Under the pieces are notes generated by a model. That model was not told the DNA's origin. It did no database searches and saw nothing but the letters and a program-made list of their open reading frames with translations. The position numbers were made by a program, and so were the translations under genes. This document shows, piece by piece, positions 1 through 11,053 of a stretch of 64,000 nucleotides of DNA. The stretch is from IMG/VR virus record IMGVR_UViG_3300044732_000737, positions 13,818 to 77,817 of that record; one strand, written 5' to 3'. Every line of letters starts with the position of its first letter. The first letter of the stretch is position 1. The DNA comes from a virus.

Positions 1-2
1 CC

Positions 3-1220
3 AAGAGTATTAAATGCGCCATTGTCGGTAAACCTAAACCTTTCAGTTGGTGTACCAGATACATTTGTCATGAAGCGCAAAGACCACCCAGTGTTATCAC
101 CAAACTGAATATAGTTTGAGAATGGGCTGGTTGAGTTGGCAAAAGATAAATTACCAGTCAGCGTACCGCCAGCTAATGGCAAGTACGTACTAGCCGCTGA
201 TGCAGAAGTCAAATACCCTGACAACGCAGCACTGGTAATATACCCGCTAGGATTACTAGAGTTATAAGGCGTATATCCCAATGCAGTAGTAACCATTCCA
301 GAGGTAATACCTGAAATATAACCGCTAGGATTAGTAGCATTATATGGAGTAAACCCAAGAGCAGTAGTTACATTTGAACTAGTAATGCCTGTAATATATC
401 CATTAGGGTTAGTACTGTTATAAGGTGTAAATCCAAGAGCAGTCGTAACTTGGCTTGATGTAATGCCAGTCAGATATCCACTTGGATTAGTAGCATTATA
501 AGGAGTAAACCCTAATGCACCAGTAACATCTGCTGAACTTAAAGTAATAGCACCAGTGCGAGTATTAAAGCTAGTCACACCACCAACAATATTAATAACA
601 CCTGTGGTTGAGTTGTATGAACCAGCACCAGTAACGCTAATAGATGCCCTAGCACGAGCATCCGTGAAATAAAGATTTGTTCCCTCTACAATACCTGAAG
701 TACTGGGGGTTGTATAACTAAACACACCTGTTGCAGAGTTATAGCTTAGGTCACCAGAGGCACTAACCGCACCTCTAGCTAAAGTATCCGTATATTGTGT
801 AATAGTAGTGCTAATAGCACCAGTAGTAGAATTATAACTAATCCCAGTACTGGCACTTAGAGCACCTCTAGCACGAGCATCTGTATAGTAAAGGTTAGTA
901 CCCTCACTAATTCCTGATGTCGAAGGAGTTGTATAGCTGAAAACACCAGTTGCTGAATTGTAACTGAGGCTTCCAGAAGCACTTACAGATGCCCGAGAAC
1001 GAGCATCCGTAAAGTACAAGTTTGTATTTTCTATAATGTTAGCAGTTGTGGGCTTATTTAGAAGATCTGAGTAAGATCCGCTTGTAGCTACAGCATGTAA
1101 GCCTAGAGCGGCCTTAGCATCAGCTTGGGAGCTTCCGCCAGTACCGCCATAAGCAATGCCTAGTATACCACTAGAATCTGTGCCCTCTGCTAATTTAGAT
1201 AAATTACGTGGTATACTCAT
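3..1220 (-). CDS. Tail fibre protein 2, N-terminal part (runs off the left window edge)
   Basis: Not in the ORF track. ATG at 1220 after GAGG; MSIPRNLSKLAEG... Carries EGTNLYYTDARAR-type repeats and tandem VTTALGFTPYNxTNPxGY repeats, the latter shared with the 2976-aa fibre. Confidence 0.85.
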   Translation of the reverse strand, partial: MSIPRNLSKLAEGTDSSGILGIAYGGTGGSSQADAKAALGLHAVATSGSYSDLLNKPTTANIIENTNLYFTDARSRASVSASGSLSYNSATGVFSYTTPSTSGISEGTNLYYTDARARGALSASTGISYNSTTGAISTTITQYTDTLARGAVSASGDLSYNSATGVFSYTTPSTSGIVEGTNLYFTDARARASISVTGAGSYNSTTGVINIVGGVTSFNTRTGAITLSSADVTGALGFTPYNATNPSGYLTGITSSQVTTALGFTPYNSTNPNGYITGITSSNVTTALGFTPYNATNPSGYISGITSGMVTTALGYTPYNSSNPSGYITSAALSGYLTSASAASTYLPLAGGTLTGNLSFANSTSPFSNYIQFGDNTGWSLRFMTNVSGTPTERFRFTDNGAFNTL

Positions 1221-1250
1221 TAAGTACCTCTTTTGGTTTTGTTGTTAACC

Positions 1251-1616
1251 TTATGCGGGTGTTGGAGCAGGTGTCTCTGGAGCAGGAGCCCAAGGCATCT
1301 GGGCCTCGGTTACTGGATTGTGCTTCTCATCAATCTGCTTTTGAATTTGAGCATTTACGTGCTCTTCGTAACCGCCAACAACTACTGCTTTAATCCAGTT
1401 CAGAATGATCTCTTCAGTCAGCTCTGAGAATGGAATAAAGGTTGAACCTTCAGGCATGGTTGTTGAAGTAAATGGGGTTGCTCCCGAGAAAGTACCCTCG
1501 TGTCCGTCCTCATCTACACCAGTCTTGGTCCAGTAAGTTTGAACAACAGCGCTCTGATGAGCACCTTCGGTTTTTGTCTTTAAGGAAGTAACTTTCCATG
1601 TGTATGTAACGGCCAT
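1251..1616 (-). CDS. Tail-fibre-associated hypothetical protein
   Basis: 121 aa, GGAG RBS, lies between two fibre genes; YTWKVTSL...FIPFSELTEE pattern recalls small fibre-adjacent phage proteins. Confidence 0.65.
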   Translation of the reverse strand: MAVTYTWKVTSLKTKTEGAHQSAVVQTYWTKTGVDEDGHEGTFSGATPFTSTTMPEGSTFIPFSELTEEIILNWIKAVVVGGYEEHVNAQIQKQIDEKHNPVTEAQMPWAPAPETPAPTPA

Positions 1617-1647
1617 AATTTTCTCCTAAAATTGGCTATAGTAAAAG

Positions 1648-4600
1648 TTAGCGGTTTGCTAACAAGGATTTGACTAGTGATTTTAATTCATCTAGTTCTG
1701 ATTGTTGTTGTTGTAGTTGTGAACGTAATGTTGTGACTTCAGTGTCTTGCTCTTTGATGGCTTCTACCAAGAGACCTACCATATTGCCATAAGCAACATT
1801 TCTTAAGCCATCTTCATCTTGTTCTACAACTTCAGGTAAAACCTTTTCAACTTGTTGAGCAATTACACCAGAGTATCTACGGGTTTTGTCGTCTAAGTCG
1901 TTTCTAGTATAAGTTACGCCTTGAATCAGTTTTACTTTACTTAAAGCATTATCAATTACTTGAATATTTTCTTTTAGTTTAATATCTGAATAAGCTGTAA
2001 CATTTCCTGTAACGATTAAGTCGTTGCCATTAAAGTAGCCCGAGCCATTTATGTTTCCAGTGTTTCCTGAAATATATGCATCAACTGCAGTATATCCGTT
2101 TACTGAATGGAACACAATTCTTCCAGTAGCAGCGATTCGAACACGATCATGAATTGTTGAAGTGTCTGGATCGTTACCTTTAAAGATTAACAATTCGGAT
2201 TGGTCAGCAGCTCCCCACAATCTGTCAATAATTGCTGCGTGGTCGTAAGCACCTGCACCATCTCCACTGTTTCCATAGAAACGAATAGCATTACCTGTAG
2301 TACCTCCATCAGCTGGGGAAATTTGAATACCGCCAATGCGAGAAGTACCGGCTGGATCTACATAATAACCAGTGTCGGGGCTGTCGTAAAAGATTGGTGC
2401 ACGGAAAGAACCACTAGCAAAGACATTACCACCAGTATCAACACCTGCAACAGTAGCGGTTGCGGCTTCAGAATAAAAGTGGAAACTTTCATTGCCAACT
2501 AAAACATTAGCCATCCTTTTGCCGACATACCAACCACTACCAGAACCTCCATTGTAACGAACCATGGCCTCATAGCCATTACCTGGGTTAATGTATAAGT
2601 ATTTATCACTAGATCCAACAATAGTTAGATTAGAAAACGATGCTATTGGATTATTGGTTGTAAAATTTAAAGAACTTCCATCCCAATACATACCCCTACG
2701 AGAACCCCAAGAATTGTCGCCACCCATTGACCAGAAACCGTTGTTTTCACCAGCAACATAACAACCATCGACCAAAATACCCATCTGATTAGCATTTGGC
2801 AAACCATTACCAAAAGCGATTTCGCCTCCGTTAACAGCAAGACCACTCCAACGAGAGCCTGGTAGCCCAGAACCATACCACCCACCACCAATAGGGAGAG
2901 TGTAACTGGTGTAGTTATCTGCATGCAGGACTTGATTACCACCTTGCGTTAAGGCTCCTACAGAGTTCACAGTACCTGTTGGCGAAATTGTAAGTCGGTT
3001 GTTCCAGCCACCACTAGCATCTGGATCTGCAACTGCTGGGGCATCATAGGTTTGAAAGCGAATTGCGGGGGCACGAAGGGTAATGTAGTCCGGACCTGCT
3101 CCCCCAGTTGCGTTGTCATTTGAATGGAACAGCAAAAGCTCAGTAATCTCATTTCCAACGTTGGGATCACCTGCTGGAATAGTGCGAGAAATAATATATG
3201 CATTTGGGTCGCCCGGAGTTGGGCCAATTCGTATCCCATCAGAGAACGTAGTACGTCCAGAAACTGTTCCACCAGTTAAAGGTAATGCGTAAGAATTGTA
3301 ATTACCTGCATGAAGTGCGGTATTCCCGCCAATAGTGACTGATCCGGTATCGGTTGCCAGTGCGCATCCCCCGTATGTCGAGAGACCATATGATGGTGCA
3401 CTGCGAGACCCCCATCCGGCAGGTGATCCAATGTGCACTCGCTCGTAGATGTGAAGAAAATCTCCGCTCTGACTACCAACAGCACGGCCACGAATTGTAC
3501 CTACGGAAATTGCGTTATCATCGGTGCGAGAAAAAGTTGCTGTTCCTGTAACTGTACCTCCACTCAAAGGCAAGGAATAAGAGCTGTAATTACTAGCAGT
3601 GAGCATAGTATTTCCACCCCATCTAGGGGCTTGACCAGCTTCAAGTTTAAAAACGTCAGCTGTAGTACCAGCGTCAGCACTTCGAATAATAATATCAAAC
3701 ACACCAGCTATAGAACTTGCTGCTGATTTGTAGGCCCTAAAGTATGCTCGGTGGTGTAAACCATCTGTGTCGTTCTGTTGAAAACCAAGCTGAATTCTTC
3801 CACCAGACGTGTAATTCTGGAAGGTAATGTGCTCAGTGCTTGCTGTATCAAAACGAAGATATTGGATGCCACCAGCAGTTAATGGTAAGGCGTAAGAATT
3901 ATAGTTACCTGCGTGAAGAATTTGGTTGCCATTGTTTGTTACAACACCTGCTTTAGTCAGTCGCAAAATATTGTCAATTTGCGCTCCACCATTATTAGCT
4001 CCAAACACGAGGTCGTCACTACTATCAAGAGCGGTAAATCCAACATACCAGTTTCCGTCATCTCCTGCACGGTTACGTCTCCATCGCAGTCCACCCCAAG
4101 TTGATGTGCTAGGCATTTGAAAAGCAAGGCCCTCTGCCCAACTTGAAGGTACAGGTGTAATACTTAGATTGCCACTTAAAGAACCGCCTGTTAAAGGTAA
4201 TTTTGAGCTATCTGTTGCAGATGTTGCTGTAGCTGCGTTACCCGTAATGTTAATATTCCAAGTACCAGAGGCTCCATTACCAGTCAGTGTAGGAGCATAT
4301 GAGTTGTAATTACCATCATGAATAAACTGACGCCACGCTTGCCAATTTGCACCAGATTGTCTGCGGAACCATACACGATCATCATAAAAATTTACATCTA
4401 TTTGTGCGCCCCATACTGCTGCACCTTCAATACCTCCCCAAGAAAGATAGTGGTGGTCACCATCTGCAGGTTGGTTATAAGCTCCGCCAGAGGGGATATA
4501 ATTTGTTCCAGCAGTAAAGGTATCAACTGCTGTAGACAACGCATTGAAATTACTATTTGTAGTACGCACTGCGTTAAGACTACGAGCTTTGTAATCTTGA

Positions 4601-7600
4601 CTATTACCTGCATGGAGAACTTGACTACCTCCTTGAGTAAGAGCGCCTGTTATGTTAACATTACCAGAGCCATCAATCCGGATACCAGTCGAATTGCTAT
4701 CACGCCCAAACCACGCATAACCATCATATGCATCAATATACGCTGTGCCGTTAGTGTTTTGCCCAACTCGCAATTGATTGTTGATACGTACAAGACCAGA
4801 TACTGTTCCACCACTTAGTGGTAATGCATAAGAGTTGTAATTCCCAGCATGAAGGATGTTGTTATTATTAATAAAAGCAAATGAGCCATCAGCAGCGATA
4901 CGTGTTGACAAACTGCCATCAGCCTTACGCAACAATAATTCACCAACATTCGTAGAAAACCAAATACCTGAATAATTTTCGTATCCAGAAGTTCTTGAGT
5001 ATACACCCCAGGAGCTAGAATCCGTAGTAGTAAGAACAGGGCCAGTTAATGTACCACCAGATAATGGTAAATAGGAGCTTAACGCAGAACTTGTAATATA
5101 CCCGCTTGGATTAGTAGCATTATAAGGTGTAAAACCTAAAGCAGTTGTTACATTAGAGCTAGTAATCTCACTCCTAATTGTAGCAGAACTCTTATTTTCT
5201 ACACTACCTAAACCAACATCTGAGTTGTTTAAAGTTACAACACCTGTCTTACCAGCAACTGAATCTACAGCACCACTAGTAATATAAATGTAGGTAGTTC
5301 CAGACCAACGATAAGTTTTGTTAGTGTCTAACGCTACATAAATCTTTCCAGTAGTTCCTGCCCCGGGAAATGAAGCTAAGTTAGTGTACTCAAGTACATC
5401 ATCGACATAGCTAGGCAATTGACTTGCAGGTACTAAGCCTGATCCATCAAGACTAGCATAGCCATTGGCATTACCTTTGTTAGCAACATTTTCAGGAGTG
5501 TACCCTAATGCTGTTGTTACATTGCCAGAAGTAATTCCAGAAATGTAGCCATTTGGGTTAGTACTATTATAAGGTGTAAATCCAAGGGCACCAGTAACAT
5601 CGCCTGAAGTCAAACTAATTGCACCTGTACGAGTATTAAAACTTGTCACTCCCCCAACAATATTAATTACGCCAGTACCAGAATCATAAGACCCTGCGCC
5701 TGTAACTGATATTGCAGAACGAGCACCAGCAGTAGTAATATAGTTAGATGGGTTAGTAGCAGGGTATGCACCAAGATTAGTTAAGGCACCACTTGCTGTA
5801 GTAGCTCCTGTACCGCCATTAGCGATTGGTAGCGTACCGGTTACATTTCCAACATCTACTAAGGACCAAGAAGTTTCTGTACCATTTGTATTTAGAAACT
5901 TATTTGCATTAGTTGTTTGAGAAGGTAATAAACTGGCTTTTACTGCAGCAGATACAGTTCTAATATTATCTACATGCAAATACTGTGGATGGTCATCATC
6001 ACTGAGACCTGATAAGTTAGAATGGTCATTTACAGCAGCAGCAGAGACACCTGCAGATTGTACAGCCCTAAGGTCGTAGATTTCTCTTAATCTTGCATTT
6101 GGAGTATTCTCATATCCATCATTTCCCTGGAAAATAAGTTTATATAAAGGTCTAAACTCAAGAGAGGGGAAGTTAGTTAATATCAGTTCTTCAAACTTTG
6201 CAGATTGAGCATTAGATAATGTAGTTAAGTTTGATTGACTAATAATAGCCATAACTGGATGGTTAAGGTTATTAGTTGCAATAATCCAAGAACAAGTATA
6301 ATCATTGTTAAGTACATCTGCTGTTAGCCACACTCCTCCAGAATAATAGTTATACTGAGGTCTGGCAGTACCCTGTTTTAAAGGGTAGTCTGTCGCAGTA
6401 TCTAAAATCCATTCGGAAGCACCACTAAGACGCAATACAGGAATCTTTGCAGGAAACAATAGATTTTGTGTCCAGGTATTTTGAGTAGGTGTTGCTGTTG
6501 AAACAACATTAATTTCTAAGTCTTCATCAAAGAATGTACCACTCTCAATACTAATCTGTGCATCTGAATTAAGGTCACCTGTACCAGATAGAGTATAACC
6601 ATTTGCTGCAAATCCACTAGCAATAACTGCTCCACGAGTTCTATGTAAGTACTCATGAGTAGCCCAATCTAGGGTTGTACCATGTCTTTCATCAGCAAAG
6701 TATGCAGCTTGTCCAGTTGTTGCATTCCAATAAACATAAGATACTGGAGTATCAGTGTCCCAAGTAAAGTAGGTAGTTTTATAAGATAATACACCTAAGC
6801 TACTATAGTAAATATAATACAAGGCTGTTGTATTAGGTAAAGTTATTGTTTGTGCAGTTGAAACTACATTCTTAACACCTTTACACCATACTTCAAAAGA
6901 ACCACCTACTGGACTAATTGTAAATACTCTAGTAGTTGAATTAAATGAAATACTAGAATCATTTTTATTAACAAAACCAATTGGCTCTTTAGTCGCTGAA
7001 ACAATATTGTCAATTAGAGCACCTTGAGCAGCAGTAGCATAAGCTGTGCTGTCTGTTGTAGCCGCAGTACCCAATCCAAGATTAGTTCTTGCGCCAGCAG
7101 CTGTAGTGGCTCCTGTACCTCCCGATTCAATATCAACAGTACCAATAATGTTTTCAGCAAGTACTTGACCAACACCATAAACATTATAAACCAAGGCATC
7201 AACTGCCGCTCCTGCACTAGCAGGTACAGTTAGTGTAAATGAAGTTTCATTAGTTGCTGTGTAGTCTGAAGTTTTTAACAATACACCGTTAACATAAACT
7301 TGAATTGAGCCTAGTGGATAAGTTACATTGAATATAGTTTGTCCAGCAGTAGCCGTAAAGCTTGTGCGTGTGTAGGCGCTTGTAGGTAAATTAACTGTTG
7401 CCCAATAAGCTGCTGTACCATCAGTTCTCAGGAACTTATCAGCATGAGTGGCCTGTGGAGGCAAAGCATCTACAGTAGCCCAAGAAGCATTTGTTCCGTC
7501 TGTTGTTAAGAATTGTCCATTATGAGTTGCCTGTGTAGGTAACGCATTAATTGTTTTATTTTTCCATGTACTAGTGGCTGATTCATATTCTAGAATCTGG

Positions 7601-10578
7601 CCATTAGTGGCCGAAGTAATTGTTACATCTGTTAAGCCGTCTAAGTTATATCCGTTAGCTAGGGCTGAAGTACCAAGACCTAGATTAGTTCTTGCTGTTA
7701 CAACGTTAGTTAGGTCTGAAAGATTATTACTACCAAGTAAGTAACCATCACCAGACATATAAGCGGCAACCCATGCAGTACCCGTATAAACTCTCATTCC
7801 TTGAAGAGTAGTATTAAAGTACAATGCACCAACAACTAAGGTGTTACCATCGTTGTCTAATGTTGGATTAGAAGCTTTTTCGCCTAGATATTTATCGTCA
7901 AAATTGTCAAAAGCAGCTAGAGCTTGATCACGAGCAGCTTCAGCGGCAACTTTAGCAGATCCTGCAGCAGTGGCACTATTAGCCGCACTGGTAGCAGATG
8001 TATCCGCATTAATAGCTGAAATATTTGCAGCACTTGCAGAAGTACTAGCGGAAGAAGCAGAAGCTGCAGCATTACTAGCTTGGGTACTCGCAGTTGTAGC
8101 TGAGGTACTTGCATTACTAGCGGAAGTACTTGCAGCTGTTGCTGAGTTACTAGCATTAGTTGCTTGTGTACTCGCAGTATTAGCCGATGCAGTGGCACTA
8201 GTAGCAGAATTAGCCGCACTAGTAGCAGAGGCGCTTGCCTCATCAGCTTTAGTGCTTGCCGTATTTGCATAACCAGTAACTGTAGTAACTGTGTTTGCAG
8301 CAGCAATAGAACTTGCTAAAGCATTGTCTGCATAGATCTCTGCGTTAGATTCAGAGGTATCAGCAGAGCTAGCTGAAGTAGCGGCATTAGACGCATATGT
8401 GTTTGCAGCACTAGCACTGGTAGCCGCATTAGTCTCACTAAGGGCAGCAGCATTAGCAGAGTTACCTGCAAGAGTTGCACTTGTGCTAGCTGAAGCAGAA
8501 CTTGTATTTGCACTTGAAGCTGAGTTAGCAGCATTAGTTGCGCTAGTTGCGGCATTAGCGGCACTTGTAGTTGCACTACTTGCGGCACTGGTTGCTTCAG
8601 CAGCTTTAGTAGTTGCTGTTGCGGCTGAACCACTAGCGCTTGTTGCAGAGACACTTGCTTCACTAGCTTTAGTTGTTGCAGTAGCCGCAGCAGTTGTGGC
8701 GATACCTTCGCTTAATGCAGATGAGGTAGCGCTTGCTGCAGAGTTAGTAGCACTTGTAGCCGCATCATTGGCGCTTGTAGAAGCTTCAGCAGCTTTAGTA
8801 GTTGCTGTATTTGCGCTAGCAAGAGCATTCGCTTCAGAGGTATCTGCGTTCGCTTCAGAGATACCAGCATTAGTAGCTGAGGTAGCGGCACTAGCGGCTG
8901 AGTTAGCAGCATTAGTCGCTGAATTAGCAGAAGCTAAAGCGCTATTAGCTGAATTAGTAGCTGAGGTAGCACTTGCTGTTGCGCTATTAGCAGAGTTAGT
9001 TGCTTGTGTAGTTGCTGTAGTTGCACTTGTTGCAGCATTAGTAGCACTTACTCCAGAGGCCGAAGCATATGAAGAAGCTAAGTCAGCACTTGTTGCAGCA
9101 GCATTCTTATAGTTAAGAGCATAGTTTTCAGATGCACTAGCATTGATCTCAGAGCTCTCAGCAGCATTCTCAGAAGCCAAAGCAGCATCAGCACTTGCAT
9201 CAGCGGCATCAGCAGAGGAGGCAGCTTCAGCGGCTTTATTAATTGCTGTAGTAGCATAGCTCTGTGAAGTGGCAGCACTAGAAGCAGCTTGAGAAGCACT
9301 TAATGCGGCATTCTGAGAAGCTGTTTGTGCAGTAGCATCATAGAACTGCCAACCAGTAGATGTATAAACTTTTAACTTATTCTCTACGCTATTAAAGTAC
9401 TCAGCACCAATCATTACTGGGTCACCATTACCGTCTAAGGTAGGGTCAGCATTAAGTTCGCCTAAATAGGTACTTCTAAAGGATGCCAAACTAGCTTCAG
9501 CGGCAGCCTGAGCAGCGGCAGCATCAGCGGCACTTTGAGCAGCTTCAGCGGCTTTTAATGTGGCTGTACTAGCTGAGGTAGATGCAGAGGTAGCACTAAG
9601 AACTGCTTGAGCAGCACTTGTAGACGCTTCTGTAGCTTTAGTTGAAGCAGTAGCAGCGCTATTAGAAGCTTCAGAGGCTTTTGTTGTAGCAGTTGATGCA
9701 CTAGCGCTTGCTGAGTCTTTCGAAACTAAAGCATCAGCCTGACTAGCAGCAGCTGCAGTAGCACTATTGGTAGCACTTGTAGCCTGTGTAGTAGCTGTAG
9801 TAGCTGAAATAGCAGCTTGGTTAGCGCTTGTGTTAGCACTTGTAGCACTGTTAAGAGCAGACGTTGCACTAGATGCGGCATTGTCTTCACTGTTGTCTGC
9901 ATTAGTAGCGCTTGTAGCAGCACTTGCAGCACTTAGACTTGCGGCTAAGGCCTGAGAGTTTGCATTGGTAGAACTTGCTAAGGCAGAAGAGGCAGATGCT
10001 TGAGCTTCATTACGATACAGTAAAGCATTAGCTTCTGAGCTTGCAGCAGCATCTTCACTAGCTGCAGCATCAGCGGCAGATAACTCAGAGTCAATAGCAC
10101 TATCTTCTGAAGCATCAGCCCAATTACTTGCTTCCAGGGCGCTAGCCGCAGCATTAATAGCACTTTGTGCAGAGTTGTTTGACTGAGCAGCGGCAGTAAC
10201 TGCACTTTGAGCGGCAGCATTAGCGCTTGCACTAGCAGCACCTGCACTAGTAGAGGAGTTACTTGCGCTTGTAGCAGAAGCAGTAGCACTATTACTAGCG
10301 GATGTAGCTGAGGTAGCTGCAGCAGCAGCAGACGCAACAGCTAAGGCTGACTTTTCAGCAATTGAGGCTAGCTCGTCAGAAAATTCTTGAGCAGTACCTG
10401 TGTATCCATTTTGAACAGCAATTTCATATGCGCTGTAACCTTGTGCACCTTGACCCCCAGTACGAGACAAGGACATTATGTAGTCAACTGTCTGTACCGT
10501 TAAAATATTATTTTGAGTTGTTAAGTCTAGTGTAATCGCATTAGGATTAACTGTAACTTCATAATTTTGTGTAGCCAT
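1648..10578 (-). CDS. Very long tail fibre protein with C-terminal peptidase S74 intramolecular chaperone
   Basis: About 900 aa of Ala/Ser/Thr-rich shaft, repeated LHAGNYNSYALPLxGG modules, C-terminal YSDIKLKENIQVIDNAL...GVIAQ...VAYGNMVGLLVEAIKE. Confidence 0.9.
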   Translation of the reverse strand: MATQNYEVTVNPNAITLDLTTQNNILTVQTVDYIMSLSRTGGQGAQGYSAYEIAVQNGYTGTAQEFSDELASIAEKSALAVASAAAAATSATSASNSATASATSASNSSTSAGAASASANAAAQSAVTAAAQSNNSAQSAINAAASALEASNWADASEDSAIDSELSAADAAASEDAAASSEANALLYRNEAQASASSALASSTNANSQALAASLSAASAATSATNADNSEDNAASSATSALNSATSANTSANQAAISATTATTQATSATNSATAAAASQADALVSKDSASASASTATTKASEASNSAATASTKATEASTSAAQAVLSATSASTSASTATLKAAEAAQSAADAAAAQAAAEASLASFRSTYLGELNADPTLDGNGDPVMIGAEYFNSVENKLKVYTSTGWQFYDATAQTASQNAALSASQAASSAATSQSYATTAINKAAEAASSADAADASADAALASENAAESSEINASASENYALNYKNAAATSADLASSYASASGVSATNAATSATTATTQATNSANSATASATSATNSANSALASANSATNAANSAASAATSATNAGISEANADTSEANALASANTATTKAAEASTSANDAATSATNSAASATSSALSEGIATTAAATATTKASEASVSATSASGSAATATTKAAEATSAASSATTSAANAATSATNAANSASSANTSSASASTSATLAGNSANAAALSETNAATSASAANTYASNAATSASSADTSESNAEIYADNALASSIAAANTVTTVTGYANTASTKADEASASATSAANSATSATASANTASTQATNASNSATAASTSASNASTSATTASTQASNAAASASSASTSASAANISAINADTSATSAANSATAAGSAKVAAEAARDQALAAFDNFDDKYLGEKASNPTLDNDGNTLVVGALYFNTTLQGMRVYTGTAWVAAYMSGDGYLLGSNNLSDLTNVVTARTNLGLGTSALANGYNLDGLTDVTITSATNGQILEYESATSTWKNKTINALPTQATHNGQFLTTDGTNASWATVDALPPQATHADKFLRTDGTAAYWATVNLPTSAYTRTSFTATAGQTIFNVTYPLGSIQVYVNGVLLKTSDYTATNETSFTLTVPASAGAAVDALVYNVYGVGQVLAENIIGTVDIESGGTGATTAAGARTNLGLGTAATTDSTAYATAAQGALIDNIVSATKEPIGFVNKNDSSISFNSTTRVFTISPVGGSFEVWCKGVKNVVSTAQTITLPNTTALYYIYYSSLGVLSYKTTYFTWDTDTPVSYVYWNATTGQAAYFADERHGTTLDWATHEYLHRTRGAVIASGFAANGYTLSGTGDLNSDAQISIESGTFFDEDLEINVVSTATPTQNTWTQNLLFPAKIPVLRLSGASEWILDTATDYPLKQGTARPQYNYYSGGVWLTADVLNNDYTCSWIIATNNLNHPVMAIISQSNLTTLSNAQSAKFEELILTNFPSLEFRPLYKLIFQGNDGYENTPNARLREIYDLRAVQSAGVSAAAVNDHSNLSGLSDDDHPQYLHVDNIRTVSAAVKASLLPSQTTNANKFLNTNGTETSWSLVDVGNVTGTLPIANGGTGATTASGALTNLGAYPATNPSNYITTAGARSAISVTGAGSYDSGTGVINIVGGVTSFNTRTGAISLTSGDVTGALGFTPYNSTNPNGYISGITSGNVTTALGYTPENVANKGNANGYASLDGSGLVPASQLPSYVDDVLEYTNLASFPGAGTTGKIYVALDTNKTYRWSGTTYIYITSGAVDSVAGKTGVVTLNNSDVGLGSVENKSSATIRSEITSSNVTTALGFTPYNATNPSGYITSSALSSYLPLSGGTLTGPVLTTTDSSSWGVYSRTSGYENYSGIWFSTNVGELLLRKADGSLSTRIAADGSFAFINNNNILHAGNYNSYALPLSGGTVSGLVRINNQLRVGQNTNGTAYIDAYDGYAWFGRDSNSTGIRIDGSGNVNITGALTQGGSQVLHAGNSQDYKARSLNAVRTTNSNFNALSTAVDTFTAGTNYIPSGGAYNQPADGDHHYLSWGGIEGAAVWGAQIDVNFYDDRVWFRRQSGANWQAWRQFIHDGNYNSYAPTLTGNGASGTWNINITGNAATATSATDSSKLPLTGGSLSGNLSITPVPSSWAEGLAFQMPSTSTWGGLRWRRNRAGDDGNWYVGFTALDSSDDLVFGANNGGAQIDNILRLTKAGVVTNNGNQILHAGNYNSYALPLTAGGIQYLRFDTASTEHITFQNYTSGGRIQLGFQQNDTDGLHHRAYFRAYKSAASSIAGVFDIIIRSADAGTTADVFKLEAGQAPRWGGNTMLTASNYSSYSLPLSGGTVTGTATFSRTDDNAISVGTIRGRAVGSQSGDFLHIYERVHIGSPAGWGSRSAPSYGLSTYGGCALATDTGSVTIGGNTALHAGNYNSYALPLTGGTVSGRTTFSDGIRIGPTPGDPNAYIISRTIPAGDPNVGNEITELLLFHSNDNATGGAGPDYITLRAPAIRFQTYDAPAVADPDASGGWNNRLTISPTGTVNSVGALTQGGNQVLHADNYTSYTLPIGGGWYGSGLPGSRWSGLAVNGGEIAFGNGLPNANQMGILVDGCYVAGENNGFWSMGGDNSWGSRRGMYWDGSSLNFTTNNPIASFSNLTIVGSSDKYLYINPGNGYEAMVRYNGGSGSGWYVGKRMANVLVGNESFHFYSEAATATVAGVDTGGNVFASGSFRAPIFYDSPDTGYYVDPAGTSRIGGIQISPADGGTTGNAIRFYGNSGDGAGAYDHAAIIDRLWGAADQSELLIFKGNDPDTSTIHDRVRIAATGRIVFHSVNGYTAVDAYISGNTGNINGSGYFNGNDLIVTGNVTAYSDIKLKENIQVIDNALSKVKLIQGVTYTRNDLDDKTRRYSGVIAQQVEKVLPEVVEQDEDGLRNVAYGNMVGLLVEAIKEQDTEVTTLRSQLQQQQSELDELKSLVKSLLANR

Positions 10579-10579
10579 A

Positions 10580-11017
10580 TTATGCCTCTGTTGGAGAATA
10601 TCTTACTTCAATTAGACCCCTAAAAGGTTTCCACACTTGTTTACGAGTACCAATACCAGTATCACGAATTTCTAAATCAATAAAACCGTATACAGGTTTG
10701 TTTGGTGTTGGTTGTGTTGCCCAGCCAGTAATTAATGTTTCTGGAATAACCATGATAAACTGGTTATTAGTGTCAGCTGTATCCAATAAAGGAATAGTTA
10801 CAACTGCGCCACCTGGTCTTACTGAATCAGGAATAGCTCCTGATCCATCATTATTCGCTTCTACGACTTTACTAAAAATTTCATAATCAGAAATGTTAGT
10901 AAGCCAAGATAGGGTTAAGTTTAAGTGTATCTGTTCACCCTTGATAACAGATACTAATACTGCACCATCATCAGATATCAAATCTTTTGATGCAGACGTA
11001 ATTTTACTTCTTGCCAT
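10580..11017 (-). CDS. Putative structural protein (fibre anchor/BppU-like)
   Basis: 145 aa, beta-rich, directly upstream of the fibre gene; function inferred from position and composition. Confidence 0.5.
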   Translation of the reverse strand: MARSKITSASKDLISDDGAVLVSVIKGEQIHLNLTLSWLTNISDYEIFSKVVEANNDGSGAIPDSVRPGGAVVTIPLLDTADTNNQFIMVIPETLITGWATQPTPNKPVYGFIDLEIRDTGIGTRKQVWKPFRGLIEVRYSPTEA

Positions 11018-11053
11018 TTTTGTTCCCTTCTCGATCCTCAGATGGAGTTCAGG

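Noticed and set aside
2200-10337. Plus-strand and alternate-frame ORFs within the long fibre gene (e.g. 8399-9112, 7970-8272)
   Set aside because: Shadows of Ala/Ser/Thr codon repeats; low complexity and no independent coding evidence.
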